Assembly: GCA_964016885.1 (NCBI GenBank)
Contig: CAXHJY010001673.1
Span: 62,001-126,000, forward strand
From: Eledone cirrhosa
Taxonomy: Eukaryota
Direction of reading: 5' to 3'
DNA length: 64,000 bases
Part shown: positions 30,191 through 44,254 of the stretch, piece after piece
How the letters are laid out: each line of letters opens with the position of its first letter
Numbering within the stretch: the stretch's first letter is position 1
Program-made: the position numbers and the translations under genes
The notes under the pieces: model-generated
Database searches by the model: none
The model's input: the letters and a program-made list of their open reading frames with translations, nothing else
Told to the model about the DNA's origin: nothing

Positions 30191-31721
30191 GCTGGTTCAA
30201 GAAATAATAAAGTGAAACTCTTGATGTGAGAAAATACGTATATATTAGATATAAATTTATTACATCGTGTTTATAGTTCAACTACTTACATATCCTTAAT
30301 TTATTTGGAGGAAATATGAAAATTAGAACGCGGTAATTTTAATTATGAACATAATATAAATTTTATCTTGACTATTATATGTATGTATTATGCAGCATTT
30401 TAAATTTTACATCAATTTATTTCTGTTTCATATGTATTTTGTATTTTTCTCACACACACACGTTCTTTTGTCTCTCCAATGTAGTTGTCTAATTGTACTG
30501 AGAAACGTGTGACTTGAACACTTTAGCGAAGTTTTAGTTGAAAATATTAACCTCTTCATCTATGTGTTTTGTGTCACTAACTCTGGAATGATGTAATTAT
30601 TTCAACATACGTCGCTAGAAAACCTCCCCCAGCCCTCTATCTGCCTCAACAGTTCACCTTCGCCCTAATAAAACTGCCACAGCTGCTACAGGAGGAGTAA
30701 CGAAATTTAAAATCACAAATTACCGAGAAGATGAGAGTCTTTTCTATATTTTCTCTGTCATTTTGTTAACATTTCCTTCATCCCTTTACCATCGCCAGGA
30801 AATCTGGGATAATCTCCAACAAGGGGAAAACTAATTGTGTTCGACCAGCTAGCGAAGGAGGAACAATCTGTTATTTCTAATTACTGCCGTTGCAAATTAG
30901 TCTTCGACTGGATTGTCCAGTCTTGATTAGAAAATCTGACTGCGAACGGCTTATCAATCAAAGCAATTGAGACCAGTTGTCTAGATTCCAAATATCACGC
31001 CAGACGTAGAAGACTAACGATTGACAGCGGGAAATGCCGCTCGGAGCAGAGTATGTAGTCGGTCTTCAGAAGCTGAAATCAAAATTTAATTAAGTGGAAA
31101 GAATGAAATACTTTGGTAGAGCACATAAAAATAAAGAAAGGGAGAAAAAGAACAGAATAAACGATTTAACAGACAGCTTTCTGGAGACTCTATAACTGAT
31201 GGTAGAAGAAAAAAATGTCTGAATGATCGATTGCAGAAAAAATTAAGTTGAATCTAGGTAGGGAAGAGCAGAATATCTCTCCATTACTATTTTTGTTTTA
31301 ATTTTTGTCATTTTACAAAATATTCCTGCAAAATATATTTGCTCGTCGTTTTATTTCCTACTCTAATTTCATTTTGTAATATTTGCTCTTCTATGAAAAA
31401 GAAAAAAATGACATGAACATCCCATTGTTATAATATTAATATTTATGATTTCGTACATGATATTTTATGATATTATTTCATAAACAAGAAGCTATCTGAT
31501 AGCCGACATATGCTTATCAATTTGATCGCTAAACATTATCTCTTATATATCAAGTGTAGAAAAAGAAACAACAAAAAAAAACATTTCTAGCTTTGAAAAC
31601 AAAACAAATTCAAATTCGTACAAATATTTATCCGATGATCGGGAAAATTGATATGTTCACTCTTTGTCCATATTTTCAGCAAGTACATAATAATAACAAT
31701 AATAATAATAATAATAATAAT

Positions 31722-32425
31722 ATTTACAAGGAGGAGGCTAGCCCACTGTGCAGGATCTGTGGAGAGAGAGAGGAGACTGTGGCTCACATTGTATCCGAGT
31801 GTAAACACCTAGCCCAGACTCACTATAAGGGCTGGAGACATGATGTGATGGGCAGGGTGATCCACTGGCACCTATGCAAAGTAAACAATTTACCACATTC
31901 TGAGAAGTGGTATGAGCATAAGCCAGAGTCGGTGATAGAAAACGATCAGGTGAAGGTGCTGTGGGATTAAAATCCCACAGCACCTTCACCTGATCGTTTT
32001 CTATACAGACAGACAAGAAACTGGAACACAATAGACCTGACCTGGTGGTTTTGGACAAAGAAAAAAGATCGTGCCTGATTGTGGATGTGGCCTGCCCATT
32101 CGACACGAGAGTGCAAGAGAAGGAGAGGGAGAAAATTAACCGATACCAGGACTTAAAGTGGCAGGTAAAAAGGATTTGGAACTGCCATGAAGTCAAAGTG
32201 GTCCCGATTGTCATAGGCGCACTAGGTACTATCTCAAAAAGTTTCCAGGGATGGTTAAAGAAAATTGGCCCCGCCACGCTTTTTGGAACACTTCAAAAGG
32301 CATGCTTGCTGGGAACAGCAAGAACCCTGCGATACGCCATGAATATCTGAGGCTGCAGGTAGTGGCTTGATATTCATTTCAACAAACTTTCCAGTTAACT
32401 AACATCAATGACTGAGACTCAAAGA
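31722..32425 (+). mobile_element. 5'-truncated R4/Dong-like RLE non-LTR retrotransposon in (AAT)n
   Basis: CCHC knuckle CRICGEREETVAHIVSEC, RHD motif, RLE motif NRPDLVVLDK..IVDVACP..EKINRYQDL, stop at 32350; (AAT)n on both flanks; frame broken by an inverted duplication at 31935-32004. Confidence 0.85.
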
Positions 32426-32433
32426 ACAACAAC

Positions 32434-32467
<34 letters not shown>

Positions 32468-32470
32468 GTA

Positions 32471-32692
32471 ATAATTGTTTCTTATATAGGCACAAGGCCA
32501 GCAATTTTGGGGGAGGGGGGAAAGTCGATTAAATCAACCTCAGTACATTACTGGTGCTTTATTTATCGATCCTGTAAGGATGAAAGGCAAAGCTAACCTC
32601 GGTGGGATTCGAACTCAGATCGTAAAGGGCCGTAACTCAATGCTGCAAAGCATGGTGTTCGACCCTCTACCAATACAGCCAATCCACCGCCC
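32471..32692 (-). mobile_element. SINE S1 full length (long subtype)
   Basis: Complete head, core and tail; sits within the (AAT)n tract 3' of the LINE. Confidence 0.85.
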
Positions 32693-33084
32693 TCTAATAA
32701 TAATAATAATCCGCACCTTCATAATAATAATAATAATAATGTGAACAGAAAACGGATAATCTTGTTGAACATGATTTTAATTTTATAAATGTGTTGTAAA
32801 GAACAATGTTTCCCACATTTTTGTGTGTGACGTAAATGGGTGAAAACGAAACTTTTTGGTTGAGAATCTTTTAGGGTAACCCCAAAGTCTAATATTGCTA
32901 AATGGTCGTAAATATACTCCTCTACCTTTTTTCACGGAACACAAGACAAACCTTTGCGGAGCCCACTTTGTGAATCACTGGTCTAGAATATTCTAAACTT
33001 TTTCCTATTTCCCACTCTACTACCCTAAGTATTGAGTACTCTGGTGCGTTATGGTCCATCTGGTTCCTTACCACAATTCCTTTG

Positions 33085-33143
<59 letters not shown>

Positions 33144-33208
33144 TATATATACATATTTATATATACATATTTATATATACATATTTATATATACATATTT
33201 ATATATAC

Positions 33209-33283
<75 letters not shown>

Positions 33284-33376
33284 TATTTGTATAAATATAT
33301 TTATATATATGTATGTGTGTGGTGTAAAAATTTTCGCCAATAGCTTAAAAAAGATGGAGACGAGGGACATGCAAAA

Positions 33377-33425
<49 letters not shown>

Positions 33426-33429
<4 letters not shown>

Positions 33430-33612
33430 GTTATTCCGGGTTGAATCGGAGGTAACCACAGTAAGTAAGGTACTCAATACATTGCAGAGTATAAAAGTTT
33501 TAATATAGATGAGATTCTACAGGACTAGAACTGTTTCATCCTTTAGAAATCATCAGGATTCCTGATGATTTCTAAAGAATGAAACAGTTCTAGTCCTGTA
33601 GAATATCATCTA
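33426..33612. mobile_element. Family C fold-back element with complete hammerhead
   Basis: Palindrome 33503-33615 centred at 33559; attc-CTGATGA-t-ttc-taaa-gaa-t-GAAA-cag-ttctagtc-ctg-TA^-gaat at 33558-33604. Confidence 0.8.
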
Positions 33613-33634
33613 TATATATATATAATATTATATA

Positions 33635-33674
<40 letters not shown>

Positions 33675-34036
33675 TTTAACTATACATATACACACATATA
33701 TATATATATATATAAATAAATGAGTGGATAAAAAAACAGAGGAGAGTAAGGGATTGCTTGAGATTTGAAGGAGAGCACCAGTGTAACAAACTTGCTAGAA
33801 GTATTGAATAGGTGAAGTTAAAGAGGAGAGGGATTTACTGAAAGACTAGTGAAGGGAAAGCAGGGGCTATATAAAAGGCAATATTTGTTGACAATAGACT
33901 CAACTCCCCCAGCTGAAAAAAGAATAGAAAAGAGGTTGTATATAGAAAGAGAAACGATTAAATCGGCTTCGTTTTCACCATTGTGTTTGTTGTTTAACCG
34001 TTGAAACGTGGAGCAACAACTAGTTTGTGAAGGGAC

Positions 34037-34115
<79 letters not shown>

Positions 34116-34122
34116 ATGTATC

Positions 34123-34156
<34 letters not shown>

Positions 34157-34694
34157 TGTATGTATGTATGTATGTATGTATGTATATATAAGACTGTAGC
34201 TAATATCTCCCAGCTAGACGTGTCAACAGCAAACAGAAAGAGCCTAGTTTTTCACAGTTGGAGAATAATACTTTCAGGCACCTCCCCTGCCACCACCACC
34301 ACCACCACTCTTCCACCATCACCATCACCAGCAGCAGCACCCCTAACCCCACCACCGTTAATACCACCACCATCATGATAACCATCAACAACACTAACAC
34401 CAACACTGCCACCACCACCATCACCACGAAATTAATAAAATAAACGAAAATAAATCAAAATAAAATATAAATAAGCCCCACGCGTTTATTGTACGTAGGT
34501 GATGACTATAACCCTGCAGCCACTTCATTTCTCCTTCAATAAGTCTTTTTCTTTTTAGATAGGCGCAAGGCAACATTTATTTATATATAAAATTAATAAG
34601 AAACGAGACGTTGTGGCATTCATGCCTTCGTAGTTCGTCAAATGATTTCATAATCAATAAAACCGAATCAAATCTATATTTTAATGTCAGGGTT

Positions 34695-35010
34695 AAAGAG
34701 AGTAAAGACCCCTCTTCGGTCACGAATGACCATGGGATTTGTACTTAGAAAGTTCCCCTCCGAGGGACAAGTCCGGGCAAGGTTCTTTGTGGAAGACCAG
34801 CAATCGCCCATGCATACCAGTCCCCTCTCTCGATGCCACCGATGTTAACCAAGGGAAAGGCAATGGCCGATACAGCTTGGCCCCAGTGTCATCACAACTC
34901 ATTTCTACAGCTGAGTAAACTGGAGCAACGTGAAATAAAGTGCCTGCCTCAAGAACACAACGCAAAGCCCGGTCCGAGAATCGAACTCACAAACTCGTTA
35001 TTGTCACTAG
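34695..35010 (-). mobile_element. Second tRNA-derived SINE-like family (S2)
   Basis: Minus strand B-box-like gtgagttcgattctcgg; plus strand cagctgagtaaactggagcaacgtgaaataaagtg; related pieces at ~7790-8190, 25146-25350, 38510-38725, 47120-47310, 48060-48300 and 54240-54390. Confidence 0.6.
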
Positions 35011-36039
35011 CGACCGAAGGAGGTCTTTACCCTTTACCCTGAAGGTAATTTTATATAAACTATATATACTCTATAGGTAGTTTTATATAAAGTACATATA
35101 CCTTGAAGGTACATTTATATATTTTGAAGATAGTGCTAAGTGGAAATTTCCTTTGTGACGAATCATGTCAGTAGAAGAAAGACGTTTGTATTTTGGACGT
35201 TTGGGAATGTTTAAGTTGTAGCAGTGATGTAGTCATATTGGAAGTTTTTTTTTAATATGAAACCGTGTGTTGAAACAGATATTGTTATATTTGTAGAAAG
35301 TCATGCTGTTCTAATATTGCCAGAAAAATATAGTAAAGCACACACACTTTGGTTTGGTTTTCGCTTCAGTATATCCTTCTATTTCTATAAATAATTTAGC
35401 TGGCAATCAATGTTTATCGTTGATTGACTAACTAAATATAGTTTCTCAGAGTTCTGAAGTTGTACTGTAAAAAGGTTTAAGTCTGTTACTCAATCATTTC
35501 TGCACATACTACGGTGGTTCCATGTACCGCACAAAATATAAGGACAGCACAAAATCGACAAAAAAACAATAAAAAATAAATCATTTCTAAATCTATGTAA
35601 TTTTAATATTTCTCAAATAAAAATGTATAAAAATAACATTATATATATTTTTTTCAAATATAAGAAATCGAAGCTAAGTAAATAAAATTATTTAAAATTA
35701 TTTGTTTAAATTTTGTTTCGATATTTTTTGTTGCTGTTTATATTTTTATAAAATTCTGTCTGGAAATAATATTTATTTATTTGTTGCTGTTTTTGTTTTG
35801 TTAATTTTTCTGCCGTCTTTGTGTTTTTGGTGTGTTACTTTTTAATTGACACCAAAACGAATTAAAAAAAGCAAGGTGTTTTAATTTAATTTTTTATATC
35901 TTCGTTGTTAATTTTCAACGATGTTGTATATGTGTGTGTATTGTATCTATGTGGATATTGCTGGAGAACATTTGATACCGATTGGCTGAGAAATGCTGGT
36001 GCATTTAATAAGATAGGAAAATGTAAGTGGCAAACCAGT

Positions 36040-36082
<43 letters not shown>

Positions 36083-36271
36083 TTGTAAATCGGAATCAAA
36101 TATTGATTTATATATTTTTATTATTATAGAGAAAGCCTTGTGAATTTCACAGAAGAAAAAAAATTCACCAATTATAAGATCGAATTGAAAATCGGATATT
36201 TTAGATAACGATTTTCCCCCACAGGTAATTTTCCGTTTAATTGCTTCTTCTTTTTCACCCCTACTCTAACC

Positions 36272-36347
<76 letters not shown>

Positions 36348-36432
36348 TTGTCTATCTATCTATTTGTCTGTCTGTCTGGCGGTCCGTCTGTCTATCCATA
36401 CTTATATATATCTATTCATCTCTCTCCATATG

Positions 36433-36474
<42 letters not shown>

Positions 36475-36555
36475 TATACATATATACATATACATATATA
36501 TATATGTATGTATGCATATATACATATATATGTATATCGCCACCTCTCTCTTTCT

Positions 36556-36638
<83 letters not shown>

Positions 36639-37339
36639 TTTTCTCCCTATCCCTCCCTCTCTCTGTAATTCCTTCGATCCCTCTCATTTACTTATGTATA
36701 TCCTATTTAAATCTATCCTTCATTTTCACGTTCCTCCCTAAACTCAATAATCTAAACCAATTCAAATAACTCTGTTCCCTTCACAGGCGACTTAGCAAGA
36801 GATGCAGAGGAGATAGTAGAGAAAGAGAGGAGGGAGAGAGAGAGAAGGAGAGAGAGGGTGAGAGAGTGATGGGGGGGGGGATGAGACAAAGGGTTGGGGA
36901 AAGAGAGAGAATGGAAAAAAAAATGACGGAGATGAGAAATGAAAAGACGGTTAGGGAGGAAGAGTAAATGGAATGAGAGAGAGGCAGAGACAGAAGAGGG
37001 AAGGGTGGGGGAGAGGATGGGAAGTAGAGTGTATTGGAAAGTGAGACAAAGACAGGACAGAGAAAGGGGATAGTGGTAGAAATATAGAGAGTTACAAAGA
37101 GACAGAGAGAGAGGAGAGAGGGATAGAGAGGGATGATGAAGATTAAGAGAGACTGAGAGAGCGGGAGAGAGAGGGATATGATAGCATGTATATTGAAGGG
37201 AAGAGAGAGAGAGAGAGAGATGATAACGATTGAGAGAAAATGAGAGAGCGGGAGAAAGAGACATGATAGCATGTGTGATAGAAGGGAAGAGCGAGAGAGA
37301 GAGAGAGAGAGAGAGAGTAAGGGAATGGTAGACTGAGAG

Positions 37340-37408
<69 letters not shown>

Positions 37409-37509
37409 AGATAGCGAGCGAAAGTGAGAGGAAACGAAAAAGAAGATGATAACAAGTGTGATAAAGAGGAAGACAAAGAGAGAAGTAGATAGGAAGGGAA
37501 CGGTAGACT

Positions 37510-37559
<50 letters not shown>

Positions 37560-37929
37560 GAGAGAGAAATATGGAGATGAGAAGGAAAGAAAGGAGAATA
37601 AAGCGAGGACCAGGTAAAGAAAATAATAAGATTTATGTAGGTAAGTAATTCTGTAGTAATCGATAAATTTTGTCATCGTTATTTATGATTGCCTACATAA
37701 ACTATAATTACACGAGAATTATCGATTAAGCAGTGCACCTCTACTGCAGTAACATGCTGACTGAATATTTCTCAGAAGCATGGAAACTAGCAATTAAGTT
37801 CAACACTATCACTTCATAGACATTATCTGCCGCAGTTTTGCTGTGTATAAGACACCCGCCCTTTTAACTCAAAATTCGAACTGAAATTCTTCCTTCCTGC
37901 CTACACACACACACACACACACACATCAC

Positions 37930-37955
37930 ATGTATATATATATATATAAATATAT

Positions 37956-38022
<67 letters not shown>

Positions 38023-38032
38023 TATATACATG

Positions 38033-38078
<46 letters not shown>

Positions 38079-38290
38079 TATATACATGTATGTATATATA
38101 TATATACATATATATATATATACATGTATATATATATACATGTATATATATATATATACATGTATATATATATATATATACATGTATATATATATACATG
38201 TATATATATATATATACATGTATATATATATATATATACATGTATATATATATATATATACATGTATATATATATATATATATACATGTA

Positions 38291-38329
<39 letters not shown>

Positions 38330-38387
38330 GTATATATATATATATACATGTATATATATATATATATACATGTATATATATATATAT

Positions 38388-38427
<40 letters not shown>

Positions 38428-38431
38428 ATAT

Positions 38432-38500
<69 letters not shown>
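37930..38500. repeat. (TA)n array punctuated by CATG
   Basis: More than 20 units of (TA)n-CATG. Confidence 0.95.
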
Positions 38501-38509
<9 letters not shown>

Positions 38510-38844
38510 TACTGCCACTCCGTTGGTGACAACGACGAGTGTTTCAGTTGATAGGATCAACGGAGCAGCCTGCTCGTGAAATTAACGTGCAGGTGGCTGA
38601 GCATTCCACAGACACTCATACTCTTTACGTAGTTCTCAGGGAGATTCAGCGTGACACAGAATGTGACAAGGCTGGCCCTTCGAATTACAGGTACAACTCA
38701 TTTTTATTAGCTGTGTGGACTGGACCACTCAGTGACTATTTCCAAGTTCCAAAGCAATCCTTCTTATTTGGTACAAGCATGTATCCTTCTGGAAAATATG
38801 AAGACCATATTGCGAGCGAGACGTGTATTATTAGTTCACGTAGA

Positions 38845-39040
38845 AGGGCGATGGATTGGCAGTATCGCTAGAGAATCGGACACCATGCTTTGCATTATAG
38901 AGTTACGGTCCTTTACAATCTGAGTTCAAATCCCGCCGAGGTTAACTTTGCCATTCATCCATACGGGGTCGATAAAATTAAGTACCAGTTATGTACTTAT
39001 GGGTAATTGCTGGCCTTGTACCAAAAGTAGAAACAATTAT
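38845..39040 (+). mobile_element. SINE S1 full length (short subtype)
   Basis: gggcgatggattggcagtatcg..gagttcaaatcccgccgagg..gtagaaacaattat. Confidence 0.85.
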
Positions 39041-39563
39041 TAGTTCATGTAGAAATTATGATGGAATAACATCTCGTCTACCATTCATTCTTCATATGTG
39101 TGTAAGCTTAATTTGTGTAATCATCATAAACATTGTTTGACTTTTATTGAGGAGATACGTATGTAGTTTAATAGTGCTTAGTAATGGCTATGAGTTTTCA
39201 CAATGCTACAAACTTCACAAAGGAATCTTGTACTCATTTTCTAAGTGGATGAAGCGTTGTTTCAAAGTAAATAAACCTTAATTAAAACTGTCTCGGTTGA
39301 AGTGGATGCATTGATACACTTGGTTGAGTTGACAAGAGTAGATATATAATATATATATCAGTGTAAGTTGTTTATTCAACTAGTATCTATATCTATATTA
39401 TATATGTTTTACGTAATTCCGAAGGAAAAGCAAAGGAAAGAGAGGGCTCTATGTATTATAGAACAGAGCTATGTCTGATGACCGATCCAGACATATATTA
39501 ATATTGTCTGCGATCCAGAAACCTTTGGTAATGGTTGAATTATATTTTGTGTTGTTCACTTTC

Positions 39564-39593
<30 letters not shown>

Positions 39594-39595
<2 letters not shown>

Positions 39596-39798
39596 GGAAT
39601 CAGTAAGACCCCGTCGGCTGAGCTCAAGCCGTTTCGACGGCTAATTCTAGACTAAAATGGTCCAGAATTAGCCGTCGAAACGGCTTGAGCTCAGCCGACG
39701 GGGTCTTACTGGTTCCTATTACCCACTCTACTACCCTAAGTATTGAGTACTTTGGTGCGTTATGGTCCACCTGGTTCCTTACCACATTTCCTTCGTTA
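39594..39798 (+). mobile_element. Family A fold-back element (best consensus copy)
   Basis: Inverted 39594-39653, then gtccagaattagccgtcgaaacggc..cctattacccactctactaccctaagtattgagtac..ttccttcgtta(TA)n. Confidence 0.9.
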
Positions 39799-39815
39799 TA
39801 TATATATATATATAT

Positions 39816-39847
<32 letters not shown>

Positions 39848-40352
39848 ATTATATAAATTATATATATAATATATATATAGTGCGCTTCATCGGACACTCG
39901 ATTAGCTCCTTTTATTTGCCTCGGAAGAAAACATGTTAATCTCGAAATATCAGGACATGTAAATAAATTAAGGTGAAAGACACATAACACCTTGTTTCAT
40001 CTGACATATCCGCCCATTTCGTATAGTTGTGACTTTCAAACTTCGAATTCTTTATACCACATACAATGCTTCAAGTAAACTACACATTCTTCCTTATATA
40101 TATATATAGGCACCAGGCCATTGTCGATATACGTCTGTGAGTATAGATATATTATTTTTTAGATCGATACAGGCAGACTATATGTATTTGAATGAAGATA
40201 TTTCATTCTAGTAAATTAATTGTCAATTTACAGTAAAACCACATAAGTGTTGATCATATATTTATTTATATTAACTTATATTGTACTGCTCAGAAATGCT
40301 TCTTTCTTAGAGCTGAATAATTGTAATTGACCCCTGAGTGTAAACTCTAAAT

Positions 40353-40400
<48 letters not shown>

Positions 40401-40430
40401 AGATCAAAAGATGGTTAAAAGAGTTCCATG

Positions 40431-40501
40431 TATTTTATTATGCGCATTTCAAAAACAAATATCATCATGAGATGACATTTGCGTTTTCGTCAGATAAAAT
40501 A
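40431..40501 (-). ncRNA. Type I hammerhead ribozyme in a (TA)n-flanked element (40400-40593)
   Basis: Minus: tattttat-CTGACGA-aaacgcaaatgtcatc-tcat-gatgatatttgttttt-GAAA-tgcgca-TA^-ataaaata; palindromic stem III atgcgcat. Confidence 0.85.
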
Positions 40502-40593
40502 GGGAGACATGATATGAAGGTTAAAAAACACTTGTGAACAGTACAGTTTTAAATCAACATATTTATTGTACTACACTAAAACTGACCTCCTTC

Positions 40594-40626
<33 letters not shown>

Positions 40627-40753
40627 AAATTTATCCAATCAAAGTAACGTAATTGGTGGAGCCTGTCGTTGGGGTTCTACACTAAACGTTAGACTGTTTG
40701 TCCATTAAGCCATTTTGATGAGTCTTAGATATGCCTGGCGGAGCCACCCCCCC

Positions 40754-40788
<35 letters not shown>

Positions 40789-40790
40789 CA

Positions 40791-40965
40791 TAATTTCTTC
40801 TACTTTCGGCACAAGGCCAGCAATTTCCTCAGTACATTACTGGTACTTTATTTTATCGACCCCGTAAGGATGAAAGGCAAAGTTAACCTCGGCGGGATTT
40901 GAACTCAGAATAGCAAGGGCCGTAACTCCATGCGTTAAAGCATAGCGTCCGACCCTCTACCGATG
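40791..40965 (-). mobile_element. SINE S1
   Basis: ggcacaaggccagcaatt..ttttatcgaccccgtaaggatgaaaggcaaagttaacctcggcgggatttgaactcag. Confidence 0.85.
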
Positions 40966-42006
40966 TCTATACCCTACCAAAGCGTTGGTAGAAATGATTT
41001 CTACAAAATTAGAACTGTTTAATCCGTATGTGTATCTTTGCTCTTTTAAACTGTGCTCCGCCCTCCCGCCCCCCGACACAGCTACATATATACATATATA
41101 CGTAAATAAAAAATATATATACATATATATGTGTGCATACACACACACATATATATATACATATATATATATATTTATATATATATATACATACATATAT
41201 ATACATACACATATACATACATATATATATATATACACATATATGTATATATATATATATATATATACATGTGTATATTTATATATATATATGTATGTAT
41301 ATGAGAGAAAATTGGCACCATATATATATATATATGGTACTTAAACTAAAAATAAAATGTATATACCGTTATCTGTAATATATCTGTGAGCAGAGAAGAA
41401 GAGAATAATTCTAAACCTGCCATTGTTTGCAAATCTTGATTAAATGGCAGATAAAATACACCATCATTTTAGGTATATTATCTCTATGGTAACGAGGTCA
41501 TATTAATCTATCAACATCCCCCAACAACACCCACTGTTTCCCACCCAATATTTCACAAATATAACCCCTCTAGCTGCTGAGGATAGAAAACGGAGTTTAA
41601 TGAATGACCCAGATTTTTCGTGAAATATTTTATCAATGAAAATCTTCCCCTAGAAATATTTAGAAACGGCCTCTGGTCATACATAGATGACACTGGCTGT
41701 ATCTTGTTCTCTTGTTTGAGTTTGGTTTTGAAGTAGGGGAAATATTTCATATTTATTTTGGTTATTTAGTATAAAAAAACTGATCATTTATAATAATAGC
41801 TTTGCGTGAAATCAGTGTCGTCTGCTGACTTGCCTAAATATCTCCTTCGTCGGCTTCATTGTCAATGATTTGTTTTTCATTTATCGATCGACATATCTAT
41901 CTATAAATATACACATTAATGTATGTATATTTATATATATATATATATAAATATACACATGAATGTATGTATATATATATATAAATATATATATCTATTT
42001 CTATAT

Positions 42007-42045
<39 letters not shown>

Positions 42046-42077
42046 ATAATATATATATATAATCGGGGGTAACCACA

Positions 42078-42121
<44 letters not shown>

Positions 42122-42364
42122 CATTATCATCATCATCGTTTAAGGTTAGCATGGGTTAGACGGGAATTGTCCCACTTGAGGCAAGATTGATGGGGTGACC
42201 ATGTCTCGCTCGTATAGGACTGTATCTGGCATGTTTTCTACGGCTGGATGTCCTTCCTAACACTAACCACATTTACAGTGTGGACTGGGAGCCTTTAGTG
42301 TTATGTGGTAGTAAAGTTTAAGGTGCGACTGCACATCATTTGAGAGGGGTTTGTTGGTTGAAGT

Positions 42365-42525
42365 TTCTTCTTCTTCTTCTTCTTCTTCTTCTTCTTCTTC
42401 TTCTTCTTCTTCCTGAGAGGGTCATGGGGGGGGGGGGGGGGGCAGAGTCCTCAAACCCTCCTTCCAGCGGTTCCTGTCGTAAGCAACAGTCTACAATTGA
42501 TCCTGCTGGATCCCCAAGCGAGTTC
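42365..42525 (-). mobile_element. RTE (Expander-like) 3' end with (GAA)n tail
   Basis: Homologous to 27765-27862 (cgcttggggatccagc..gaccctctcaggaa). Confidence 0.8.
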
Positions 42526-43122
42526 TTTCCGTAATCTATTTTTCTTTTCTCCCGCCTCAGATGATACAAAATTTTCTATTTTGTGTTTATAGAATTTCCT
42601 ATTTAATATGTTATGGCTCTTATGCTGCTTCAAGCCCAAACCCAAGCAAGACATATTCAGAGTTTTATACATGGTTAGAGGCCCTTTATGAATATTTCTA
42701 GGTGTAGATGATCATTGGTAAATCACTTTACTTGAAAACTAGGTCATTCAGTAAATTTTACTTTCTTTCCTCACCAGCTAGAGAGCTCCCAGGTAGGCTG
42801 TGTATAAACCCTGATTTCTCTAAACATTGTTTGCACTGTATACTATGTCTATATGTTAACCAAATGTAATACGATCGATTAATTCTGTGACTGTGCTCTA
42901 ATCAATAAAGCAAGGAAAAGTATTCCCTCACTAACTATAGTTCTTTTTTCAAATAGCTATATAATACGCACATACACACACAAACACATACTCATACACA
43001 CAGACGTATTTACACACACAAAAACACTCACAGAAACTCACATACAAAAGCACACACAAACACACACTCATATAATATAATATATATATATATATATAAG
43101 CACACACAAGCACACACTCATA

Positions 43123-43177
<55 letters not shown>

Positions 43178-43291
43178 TATATATATCTATATATATTAAT
43201 AATAATAAATTTGAAGACTAAAATCCAAAGAGGGCTCGATAAGGATAAATTTTTGAAATGGTTACTTCTGCGTTCACAGATTGACTTTTTT

Positions 43292-43342
43292 AGTTTCAGA
43301 AGATCCCGTTAAGGGTGAAAGCAGCGATTCTTTGCTTAAACT
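43292..43342 (+). ncRNA. Hammerhead-like fold with core substitution (family F)
   Basis: agttt-CAGAAGA-t-ccc-gttaa-ggg-t-GAAA-gca..tgc-TT^-aaact; second, more decayed copy at ~62017-62115 (-). Confidence 0.6.
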
Positions 43343-43383
43343 TTAATCTGTTATTTTAATAAATATATATATATATATATTAT

Positions 43384-43640
43384 ATTTAGAGTTATAAACT
43401 CAAACAGTCTTTTACAATTAATTAGCTCAAAGAAAGAAGCATTTCTGAGCCGTGAAATACAAGTTAATATAAATTAATATATGATAAACACCAATATAAA
43501 CATATAAGCGTTTGCATTGTAAACGACCAAGTTAGCTAGATTGAAAATTTTTTCAATCTAGCTTACTTGGTCGTTTACAATGCAAACGCTTATATGTTTA
43601 TATTGGTGTTTATCATATATTAATTTATATTAACTTGTAT
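43384..43640 (-). mobile_element. (TA)n-embedded fold-back element, family I
   Basis: Arms 43457-43640 centred on ttgaaaattttttcaa; reverse complement of 43384-43490 aligns with 40247-40352. Confidence 0.75.
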
Positions 43641-44223
43641 ATATATATATATATATATAAATGCATAGGTTTTCCAATGGTTCATTTCTTCACTTCAAAC
43701 GACAGGTTGTGAGGTGATAGAATGTGGCTGTTATTTCTCAGGTCACAGAGAGGCTCTCTAGTGAACTAGATACCACAGTATATGAGAGATAAGTAAAATT
43801 AAAGACACACTGACACTGCATGAGAATCTACGAACAAAATGATAATAGTTATAATAACAATAATAATCATTAATTTTTTTACAAATTGGCATGAGCCCAT
43901 CGATTTGTAACGGAATGATATAATCGATTGAGTCAACTCCAATAAAACATTTAAAATTTTATTGGTTTCGGGAGAGTGACAGGCAAAATCAATATCTGAG
44001 TGTACTGAGATACAAAAAAATATAGAGAGATATGACTAAATATTTTGTGGCATTCCATCCGGTATTCTAGCTTAACATTTCATTAACAAACCTACAATGA
44101 GACTACCACCAACACCACCGCCGCCACAGTGGCATTTTGTCCGACGCTCTGATGACTTTGCTAAACCAACGCCCTCAGCCTTAATAATAATGATGATGAT
44201 GATGATGATAATGCCCCCCCCCC

Positions 44224-44254
<31 letters not shown>

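Noticed and set aside
30800-31260. Possible decayed RTE reverse transcriptase (LVFDWI, VGLQ, KYFG)
   Set aside because: Only scattered short motifs with stops; not supportable by eye
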